A DNA stretch of 63,743 bases, filler included, from Octopus bimaculoides (lineage: Eukaryota): NCBI RefSeq assembly GCF_001194135.2. It is 4 parts of 4 records of this genome, joined end to end, with 100 filler letters (N's around TTAATTAATTAA, not from the genome) between each part and the next. Parts side by side here need not be neighbours in the genome. Positions count along the whole stretch, not along the records: positions 52,566 to 63,743 come from NC_068981.1; 3 more parts are not named here. One strand, written 5' to 3'. The position numbers were made by a program, and so were the translations under genes. Below, piece by piece: positions 53,499-63,743 of this stretch. The notes beneath the pieces are model-generated. The model was not told where the DNA came from, ran no database searches, and saw only the letters and a program-made list of their open reading frames with translations. Position 1 is the first letter of the stretch; the number at the start of each line of letters is the position of its first letter.

Positions 53499-53778
53499 AT
53501 ACATATAAGCGGGATGACCACTAAGTGGACATCCAATATGCTAGATGTAGACCCCATATGGTCTGACAACTAAGAAAAGATTGTTCTCAAGAAAATTCAG
53601 CAAACGCCAAACGTGAGAGAGCATGACAAATGAAAAGATACAAAATATAATTGCTCGCTTACTTTCTGGTGTCTGCTGAATTTTTTTGAGAACAATCTTT
53701 TCTTAGTGGTCAGACCATATGGGGTTTACATCTAGCATATTGGATTGTCCACTTAGTGGTCATCCCTCTTATATGTAT
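53499..53778. mobile_element. 280-bp element with about 111-bp inverted arms (foldback/MITE)
   Basis: Arms at 53499-53609 and 53667-53778 are reverse complements with 7 differences, around a 57-nt spacer. Sits in TA-rich flanks. Confidence 0.85.
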
Positions 53779-54228
53779 ATATGCATATATATATGTCTGT
53801 GTGTTTATCAAAATATGTGTGTGCATGAGTTTATATGCCTACGTACACACATACAAACATGTACATATATGTCTGTATACGTGTTTCAAGGTATTCTACT
53901 AACACATATACTTCTATTATTGCTCTAAGAAAGTATACGAGTTACAGATTCGATAATGGTTAATCTGCAATATTTAAGAAACTCTATTCACTCAATTTGA
54001 TATAAATACTGTATTGTTTCTTTGTATATTTCAGCATGGGTATGCATTACTGAATTATATGGACCACCCAATTGCAAATAAACTTTTTCAATAAGTTTTA
54101 TCAATGTAATATCAACGAAATCACATTTTTATTTAGAAAATCTCTATAAGGGATGTAAGTAGTAACTATACCGAGAAGTAATCTTTGTCGTCACATCAAT
54201 ATGACCACACACACATATACATATATGC

Positions 54229-54325
<97 letters not shown>

Positions 54326-54615
54326 TGTGTGTGTGTGTGTGGATGGATGTATTAGATGCTTGGTTGCATGTGTGATATGTGTGTGTATGTATGTGTGTGT
54401 GTGTGTATGTGTGTGTGTGTGTGTGAGTGTGTGTGAAGGCGCATAACCAAGTAGTTAAGCATTTGAGCTTATTGGCTGTTCCGTGGGAATCGACGTAACT
54501 ACTGTTTTTAACTCCTGGAGGAGCCTCTTCTAACTGGTTATTGATGCAATCTGCACGCTATATATATTGCAAGCAGTGGAGCAAACCTCCACCAGCTTCT
54601 AGCAGACGACGGGAT

Positions 54616-54662
54616 CACCAGACCGTACGGTTTCGATCTCTTTGTGCCCATCCTCAGTGGTG
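54616..54662 (-). ncRNA. Type I hammerhead ribozyme fold with GUC cleavage triplet
   Basis: Minus strand reads CACCA-CUGAGGA-U-GGGCACAAAGAGAUC-GAA-ACCGUACGGU-C-UGGUG. Perfect 5-bp stem I, intact core, 10-nt palindromic stem III, stem II 4 of 6 positions paired. Confidence 0.75.
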
Positions 54663-55000
54663 CTTTTTATTGTTGGTGGTTTTTGTTTTGTGTTTTAATC
54701 CTCCACTTAATATCAAACGGATTCAGGGTGACCTGAGTCATAACAACGTTGGTTATCCTGAGAACTAATCCACTTTATTCTGATTATGTCTACATTATGA
54801 AATGAGTCCTTCTTATGTGAAACAGAAGTATGTAATTTGTGTTAAATTTTTTCCTGCTATTTCTAGGAAACGGAATTAATGTGTTTAGGGTCCACACTGC
54901 ACATTTGCTTTCTCTATATACCTAAATTACTTATGTTCGTTATATTAGCCCTATTTTCGTGAAATCTCATTCTGGAAAGGCAGCAAACTGTCCAGTATCC

Positions 55001-55513
55001 TTTACCTTTTATCTTTGATTTGCTTCAGACCTTTGACTGCGGCCATGCTGAGGCATCGCCTTCAAGATTATTTAATGAAACAAATCTACCCTGGGACATT
55101 TTTTGTTTGTTAAAGCCTGATATTTCTTCTATCGGCCTCTTTTGCCGAACCACTAAATTACGGCAACATAAGCACACGGGTTGTCAAACGGCAGTGTGGA
55201 TAAACATAGACACAAAGACACATACACACAGATATATATAAACGCATATATATATGTGTGTGTGTGTGTGTGCGTATGTGTGTGTGTGCGTGTGTGTGTG
55301 TGTGGGTGTGTGTGTGGGTGTGCGTGTGTGTGTGTGCGTGCGTGTGTGTGTTTAAATACATACACACATACATACATATATATACATACACCTTTCAAGG
55401 CTTCGGTCGACCAGGGGCTATAGTAGGTGAAACTTGACGAAGGTGCCACGCAGTGGGACTGACCCCGGAATCATGCTGTTAGGAAGTAAGGTTCTTACTA
55501 CACAGGTTCGCCT
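55001..55513 (-). mobile_element. SINE family B with expanded internal (TG)n
   Basis: Tail gactgcggccatgctg...gccgaaccactaaattacgg, about 170 bp of microsatellite, then head ggtgccacgcagtgggactgaccccgg. Confidence 0.8.
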
Positions 55514-55902
55514 TCACCTATGTTCACGAAAAATATATTCATATCCTAGTAAAAATGCAATGAGTGGGTCACCGAGAGAGCCTCTATGAGGGTGTTCCGT
55601 TTACTAAAAATCACAAATGAATTTCTTTCAAATCATCTTACCGCCATACTAAACATCAAAGACGTATTGGATGATGTTGTCCTAGATATTTGCAAAAAGA
55701 CGAGATGCCTACGGCTGGAATTCTTTTCATTGTATATCAGATCGATCAGGACTGACCTGGGGTTAGACAAAACTACAATAACACCATCAACAAAAGAACA
55801 ATAACCTTGATTATAGTTTACTAGTACGCTCTTTTGTATAAGAGATATGTTTCGTCAAAGCAAATCCAATTTACTTCCCACAGTTAATTCAAACTGTGTG
55901 TT

Positions 55903-55981
<79 letters not shown>

Positions 55982-56598
55982 GCTGCCGATGGATAAACAC
56001 TATGAGCTTCAAATATTCTAGAGATGCCAAATATAGCTATATTATTATGCGAGATCGGTAAATATCTTGCAGTATTTACTTCTGTCCTGTTCCTTTATGT
56101 TTGTGTTCAAATCCTACTCTTTGCTCTTGTATTCAAGAGACCGATAGAATAAAACCCATTCAAGTACAAAAGTTCAGGTAACTAATTATTCTCGACGCAC
56201 CAAGAAGTATGTGACTGTTAGAAAGAACAGTGAACTACGCGTGTCATTTCAGAGTCCAACAAAAAACATTGCGTTATTTAGCTACGGCGCTTGGCGTATT
56301 TTTTAGTTTCGGATTTTGCCGGATTAATTCATTAGAATTATTTCCGAAATTTCTGACTTTGTGTCTATTTTAGCAATCGTTCTTACTAACAGAAACAATA
56401 GAGATGTGAAATATAAGGCAACAATACGTATACATACATATACACTCATACGTACACACATACATACACACACTCATTCATACAAACATACGCACACGCA
56501 CATATACACATACACGTGCCAACTAGGTCTTCTGAATCACCGGTTCTTGTGCGAGTTTAGTACTCGCTCCCGTTTGATCATAGACTATAATAGAAACA

Positions 56599-56983
56599 GT
56601 GGAGGCGCAATGGCCCAGTGGTTAGGGCAGCAGACTCGCGGTCGAAGGATCGCGGTTTCGATTCCCAGACCGGGCGTTATGTGTGTTTATTGAGCGAAAC
56701 ACTTAAGCTCCGCGAGGCTCCGCCAGGGGTGGTGACGACCCCTGCTGTATTCTTCCACCACAACTTTCTCTCACTCTTTCTTGCTGTTTCTCTTGTACCT
56801 GTATTTCAAAGGGCCAGCCTTGTCACACTGTGTCACACTGAATATCCCCGAGAACTACGTTAAGGGTACACGTGTCTGTGGAGTGCTCAGCCACTTGCAC
56901 GTTAATTTCACGAGCAGGCTGTTCCGTTGATCGGATCAACTGGAACCCTCGACGTCGTAAGCGACGGAGTGCCAACAACAACA
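56599..56983 (+). mobile_element. SINE family D, full-length tRNA-derived SINE with (CAA)n tail
   Basis: A-box tggcccagtgg, B-box gtttcgattcc. Perfect 12-bp TSD ataatagaaaca at 56587-56598 and 56984-56995. Confidence 0.92.
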
Positions 56984-57689
56984 ATAATAGAAACAAAAAT
57001 ATTTTTCATATCAATATTTGACTTTGCACATGAGTAATAACGGGTGGGGTATGTGTGCTCGTGTGCACCTATGTGCGTGTGTGGGTGCCTCTGTGTCCCT
57101 ATATGTGATGCTATTGTTACCTTGCTCCAAGACAACTAGAAAACAGTTGACTCTTGATACGCAGTAAGTCAACACGAACGACGAGGTGAGATCCTCAGTT
57201 CGATAGTATTCCATACCTCGACCTGGTACAGGATTATAACACAAAGTACTGCAGTATAAGAGTGTAGCCCAGTTCTATGATGTGCACTGTCTGATCACTT
57301 TGTCTTTGCCTTTAGTGATATTAGCCACTGCAAAGACAATCAAAGTTAACTCGGTCCAAACGCGACTGTTAACTTTCTCTTTAGTAGTGTGCATTCTATC
57401 GCAAAATTTAATGATAAATGAGATAAATAATAGTGGCATTCTTTCTCTGTAGAAGTATTTTTCTTTTTTTTTTTATATATATATATTAGTCTATCCTAAA
57501 TGAAAGCGATAGTGTTGGTAGAATCGTTTTGTTATAGCATTCTGTCCCAGTGCTTACTGGGGCTAGCGGGGGTGTATTTTGGAAGTCATGAGACAATAAT
57601 GTGCATGTGCGTCTTTATATATCTCTGTATACGTGGTTCTATGCAATATTACTGACTGAATGATTAATTACAAGCTTTGGTTGACAGGT

Positions 57690-57787
57690 TTTCTTTTTTT
57701 TTGCCGAATCGCTAAGTTACGGGGACGTAAACACACCAGCATCGGTTGTCAAGCGATGTTGTGGGGACAAACACAGACACACAAACA

Positions 57788-57790
<3 letters not shown>
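57690..57790 (-). mobile_element. SINE family B partial tail
   Basis: gccgaatcgctaagttacggggacgtaaacacaccagcatcggttgtcaagcg. Confidence 0.78.
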
Positions 57791-57846
<56 letters not shown>

Positions 57847-58226
57847 NNNNNNNNNNNNNNNNNNNNNNNNNNNNNNNNNNNNNNNNNNNNNNNNNNNNNN
57901 NNNNNNNNNNNNNNNNNNNNNNNNNNNNNNNNNNNNNNNNNNNNNNNNNNNNNNNNNNNNNNNNNNNNNNNNNNNNNNNNNNNNNNNNNNNNNNNNNNNN
58001 NNNNNNNNNNNNNNNNNNNNNNNNNNNNNNNNNNNNNNNNNNNNNNNNNNNNNNNNNNNNNNNNNNNNNNNNNNNNNNNNNNNNNNNNNNNNNNNNNNNN
58101 NNNNNNNNNNNNNNNNNNNNNNNNNNNNNNNNNNNNNNNNNNNNNNNNNNNNNNNNNNNNNNNNNNNNNNNNNNNNNNNNNNNNNNNNNNNNNNNNNNNN
58201 NNNNNNNNNNNNNNNNNNNNNNNNNN

Positions 58227-58274
<48 letters not shown>

Positions 58275-58971
58275 ATGTATGTATGTATGTATGTATGTAT
58301 GTATGCACGTATGCAAACCTAGATGTATATATTTATGCAATAAAACCGTGTGTAGTAAGGCAGAACTAAAAGCAAAGAAAAATGAAATGGGAGGAAACGG
58401 ACATTGGAAGAAGGAATTGCAAGAAAGAGAGGAGAAAAATACTAAAGAAAGAAAGAAGGATATAAAAGAAACTAAGGAAAAGGAGGAAGAAGGAAGAATC
58501 CTCAAACGAAAGAAAGCAAGAAATAAGGAAAGTAGAAAAATAAACTTTACGTAGAAGAAAATATTTTTTTAAAAAAGGGGGAAATGTGAAGGAAGGAAAG
58601 AATAGTTAAGAAATATGGAGAAAATTGAGGAAAAGGAGAGAAGGGGATAATTGTGAATGACATTTGGAGATGAAAAACAAAAGCAAGTAAGAAGGAAATT
58701 AAGAAGGTAGCCTGTATAGGAAAGAAGAATGAGGGCAGGCAAAGAAGAAAGAAAGGAGCGATGTGTGTGTGTGTGTGTGTGTGTGTATGCGTGCGTGTGT
58801 GAGTTTGCGTGTGTGTGTGCTTGAGTGTGTGCGTGTGTGTGTGTGTACAAATAGAGATGTAAACAGTCTTGTTTTAGGTGAAACATACATTTAGAGACGT
58901 ATGCTCGCATGCATATGCATACATACATACATACATACATACACATATACATATATATGTGTGTGTTTGTG

Positions 58972-59015
<44 letters not shown>

Positions 59016-59025
59016 NNNNNNNNNN

Positions 59026-59064
<39 letters not shown>

Positions 59065-59879
59065 CAAATACACACGCTCACTTATATGCATATTTAATCA
59101 CTCACACACACACACACACAAACACGCAGACACACATCTGCACTCTCAGACAATATATCATCAAAAACGTACACGCAAAAATACAAAAATTAAATATAAA
59201 AAATTAAGTACACACTCATGCACACATACACACACACACACACGCATACACATAGGCACGTACATACACATGTATACATATAAACACACACGCACGCACG
59301 CACGCAAGCACACGCATAAGCATGCACATACACACGCACAGAGATGAAACTACAACAAGAACAAAAACGATTCGGCAGCAGTTAAGTTAATATCTGCCGA
59401 CAAGAGAAGCGTATGCCAGCGCTGGACTTAAGGTTACGGGCTTAAATGATGATGGCGATATATGCATATGAATATTTATAAGTATTATTTCATATTCCGA
59501 TAAAGAGATAGTTGTAGTATAAATTATATTGCTTCGCTGCCTCTACTTACCTACCTACATACCTACCATCACACCTACCTAAGTCTTAAACCACCACCAC
59601 CACCATCACCACCACCACCACCACCACGACCATCATCATCATTAAAATGGCCACTGCTTCTATATCAATCGCAACCGTTCGCCGCCGTCGTTGGACGTCG
59701 ACTGAAGGTTTGCTATCGCAGCTTGTTGCTGTTCGTTGTTTTTACTGGTGTTGTGATTGCTGCTATGGCTGGAGATGCAGCTACTGCTGCTGTTGTTGCC
59801 GCTGATGCTGTGATTGTTGTTGTCGTTATTCTTGATGTTGAAAGTTCAGTTTACCGAAAATTCATATCTCTACCTCTGT

Positions 59880-59939
<60 letters not shown>

Positions 59940-60481
59940 ACCTAGCTAGCTAGCAGCCAGTTTGCTTCGGCAACGGGTCGAAGCATCGATATATCATACG
60001 ATATGATGAACAGAACGAGATATAAGCTTAATACGAAGCATACGATACGTACACACATATAATACCACAATTACACACATAATCATACACTAACGTGCAC
60101 ATATATATACATATATACATGACTACATAGATGGATACATGAAAATGCGTGTATGTGTGAGCTTGTGTGTATGTGCGTGTGTGTAATAGTATATGACCAT
60201 ATATATACATGTGTGTATATATATAAATATATATATAAATATATATTTATATATATATATGTGTGTATATGTATGTATGTATGTATAGATGTATGTATGT
60301 GTTTGTGTAACACTCCATTCGTATGGGACAAGTTACATGCATGCACACATATTGGTAGGATATAGGTGGGGCTCTTTTTTCCTCCTCTTTCTTCTATACC
60401 CACCCCACCCCACCAACTTTCTACATTTCTCATCAGATCATCGTAGCTAGCGTATAACTATGAAATATACTCTTAGCATGC

Positions 60482-60517
<36 letters not shown>

Positions 60518-61046
60518 NNNNNNNNNNNNNNNNNNNNNNNNNNNNNNNNNNNNNNNNNNNNNNNNNNNNNNNNNNNNNNNNNNNNNNNNNNNNNNNNNNN
60601 NNNNNNNNNNNNNNNNNNNNNNNNNNNNNNNNNNNNNNNNNNNNNNNNNNNNNNNNNNNNNNNNNNNNNNNNNNNNNNNNNNNNNNNNNNNNNNNNNNNN
60701 NNNNNNNNNNNNNNNNNNNNNNNNNNNNNNNNNNNNNNNNNNNNNNNNNNNNNNNNNNNNNNNNNNNNNNNNNNNNNNNNNNNNNNNNNNNNNNNNNNNN
60801 NNNNNNNNNNNNNNNNNNNNNNNNNNNNNNNNNNNNNNNNNNNNNNNNNNNNNNNNNNNNNNNNNNNNNNNNNNNNNNNNNNNNNNNNNNNNNNNNNNNN
60901 NNNNNNNNNNNNNNNNNNNNNNNNNNNNNNNNNNNNNNNNNNNNNNNNNNNNNNNNNNNNNNNNNNNNNNNNNNNNNNNNNNNNNNNNNNNNNNNNNNNN
61001 NNNNNNNNNNNNNNNNNNNNNNNNNNNNNNNNNNNNNNNNNNNNNC

Positions 61047-61156
61047 TTTTTCTTCTTCTTCTTCTTCTTCTTCTTCTTCTTCTTCTTCTTCTTCTCCTCC
61101 TCCTCCTCCTCCTCCTTCTTCTTCTTCTTCTTCTTCTTCTTCTTCTTCTTCTTCTT

Positions 61157-61200
<44 letters not shown>
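61047..61200. repeat. (CTT)n-(CCT)n-(CTT)n-(TTA)n compound microsatellite
   Basis: Directly visible. Confidence 0.97.
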
Positions 61201-61201
<1 letters not shown>

Positions 61202-61647
61202 GAGTGAGAAAGCCGTGCATGCTATCAAAGTGACGCTGGGGTAAAATATACGAAGCCCAATATACCCATCATAACTACCCGTCTGATAAGGGTACACCAA
61301 GCATATGCATCACGACTACATGTGCGCAACATGGTGATCTTATATCAGGATAAACAGCGCATGACTTTGCATGTGAGAGCCAGTTAAAAGTTCCTTCAGG
61401 TCAAGTCGCCCAACTCGGTCCATATGGTCCCTAAATAAGGTTTGCTTAAGGATGATGAACGAAATAACAATGTTTCCAAACGTGAATTATTCAAACCCCA
61501 AAGAATTCTTCTCAACACATGGATATGATGCTCCCCCACTACTTCTGCTCGTGATCAGAGATGCACATATCGTCAGCCACCAAGCGACATGCTCAACTGG
61601 CTATGGTCAAACAACTGACAAGAAAATCTGTGGTATTGAGCAAATCT
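61160..61647 (-). mobile_element. Retroposon 3' end with (TAA)n tail (family not assigned)
   Basis: About 450 bp of non-coding sequence ending in a (TAA)n tail on the minus strand. An 18-bp duplication aaatctgtggtattgagc / aaatctgtggttatt marks the other end. Confidence 0.55.
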
Positions 61648-61681
61648 GTGGTTATTATTTATTATTATTATTATTATGATG

Positions 61682-61746
<65 letters not shown>

Positions 61747-62297
61747 TAAGCAACTGTTATAATTCCAGTGCACACAATCTCAAACTACATCACGTGCCAA
61801 GGAAGTATCACTGAAGAAAGTATGTATGCATGAATGTGTGGGTGTACGTATGTATGTGTGTATGGCTGTTTATATAAACATGTGTGTGTGTGTTTTGCAT
61901 GTATGTATGTAAATATATATGAGCGGTGATATGCGTATATGTGTGTACGCGTCAAGTGCATTTATTATGTGAATTTTTTTTTTTAATTGAGTAAATGAGT
62001 ATGAACCATGATTGACAACCAGTGTGTTTCCGACCATGGCAGTATAGAAGAAGCCGTATCTCCCACATGGAGCTTGATATATTGTCGCATGTAAGTGCTT
62101 GCATGTGGAACACCAACAGCGTTCGTGATGTATTGCTAGTTATGGAAAACTGCGGTTCCCCTCAATGCCATCATGATCCTAATAAAGGAGGTACGCCACT
62201 ATGAAACATTCGTTTATGATCCAAAGACCAGTTAAAGAAGCCAAGAAATGTTACTGGGTATTGATAAAAAAAGTTAGAAAGAAAGAAAGGTGAATAA

Positions 62298-62334
<37 letters not shown>

Positions 62335-63172
62335 CGAAATTTTTTTCATACTCGTAAAACTTCATCGTATCCAGTCGTTCATATAACTCGTTATTGAAAT
62401 TGCTAAAACTTCCAGCATGCGTGATTGTTATGAAATTCATCGAACATTTGAACTTTTAATAATGTCTGTTTCTCTGAAATATATTAAATATTGGAATCTC
62501 TATAAACAATTGATTTTTTAAAGAATATTTTTTTTTTCAAAGTTTCACCCGTATCTCTAATCTCTCCTAAACCATCATACATTATTTTAAAAAAGTGTTG
62601 AAACAGTATTTTGATAAATTTATCAAATATATNNNNNNNNNNTATATATATATATATATATATACATGCATACCTACTTTTTAAGGAATAACATTACCCA
62701 CAATTGATAAAAGCAGTTTTAGCTAATGATGGGCATGTGATATATACGTCTGTCATATCACCATCATCGCTATAAGTAGAATCATTATCATCATGATCAT
62801 CATCAACAACAACAATAACAACAACAACTTCTACAGAATAAGCATCATTTTTGCATATTACATTTTCATGCTGACATGGGTTGAGCAAGAATTTTTGAGG
62901 CAGTCTTTTACGACCGGATTCTTTTCTTGACACCAAGCAACTTGTACATGTCTTCCGACATTCAGAATTTTGAACATACCGATGAGAAAAAGAAATGTAT
63001 ACAAGACAAGAATTCAGATTTTTTATGTAATGTTGAAGATTCCATTGTTTGTATGTTGTAGTGTATGTATGTATCTTTTCTCATTGTCGATCTGTCTATC
63101 TATTTCTCCCTTTCTCCCTTCCACTCTCTCTTTTTCTCACTTTCTCTCTCTCCTTATATATTTTATATGTGT

Positions 63173-63442
63173 GAAGGCGCACGGTTCAGTGGTTGGTGTG
63201 TCAAGCTTATGATCGCATGTTTGTGAGATCGATTCCCAGACCAGGCTGCGTGTTGTGCTCTTGAGCAAGACACTTTATTTCACATTGCTCCAGTTCACTC
63301 AACTGTAGAGATGAGTTGCGACGTCATTGGTGCCAGGCTGCATCGGCCTTCGCCTTTCCCTTGGATAACATCGGTAGCGGGGACAGGGGACCGGTATGCA
63401 TGGGCAACTACTGGTCTTCCATAAAACTCACCCTAAGATGTG
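63173..63442 (+). mobile_element. SINE family C copy, interrupted by a gap
   Basis: gaaggcgcacggttcagtggtt...gatcgattccc...gtgctcttgagcaagacactttatttcac...gagttgcgacgtcattggtgcc. Confidence 0.85.
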
Positions 63443-63743
63443 NNNNNNNNNNTTTTGGGATTTGGTTTGTAAGATTCTTTATATCAGTTGTATATATACA
63501 TGTACACATATATAAGTACACGAGCGCGCGTGTGCACGCACACACACACTCATACAAACACACACATACACACACACACACACACACATACGAATATGTG
63601 ACTCTGTACCACAGGTATGTCGGCATATTTCTTAGATGCAATGCAATCTTGATGTAATATCTTCAGCGAAGATTTCTGAGGTACTTTATTTCTTGATGAG
63701 AAATATATATATATATATAATTATATAAATATATATATGTGTA

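Noticed and set aside
56599-56675. tRNA-like sequence with A and B boxes (also at 31447, 63173, 27590-27662)
   Set aside because: SINE heads continuing into SINE bodies with tails and TSDs; no complete cloverleaf.
60421-60436. Minus-strand CUGAUGA-GAAAUGUA
   Set aside because: No stem II between the core halves; compatible with chance.

Overview
AT-rich eukaryotic draft-assembly DNA with many N gaps, dense microsatellites and SINEs. The repeat content points to an octopus genome (inference, not verified). The only protein-coding gene I can support is the 3' half of a cytochrome P450 on the + strand: four exons at 45248-45457, 46427-46596, 50722-50825 and 52023-52258, with GT-AG sites, I-helix, ExxR, PxRF and the heme motif FGLGHRVCVG. 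Its exon sizes and phases match exons 5-8 of vertebrate CYP17A1 as I recall them. Exons 1-4 were not found. The rest is mostly mobile DNA: at least four tRNA-type SINE families, a CR1/L2-like RT fragment, mariner and maT/Tc1 relics, mariner- and piggyBac-type MITEs, and a 280-bp long-TIR element. The most unexpected signal is six minimal type I hammerhead ribozyme folds, each with different stems. Three keep an intact catalytic core (4060-4128, 48622-48658, 54616-54662), and they probably mark Penelope-like or retrozyme remnants. A CpG-depleted block (about 25.7-43.8 kb) sits between two artificial TTAATTAATTAA scaffold linkers. Nearly all ORFs in the supplied track are microsatellite or gap artefacts.
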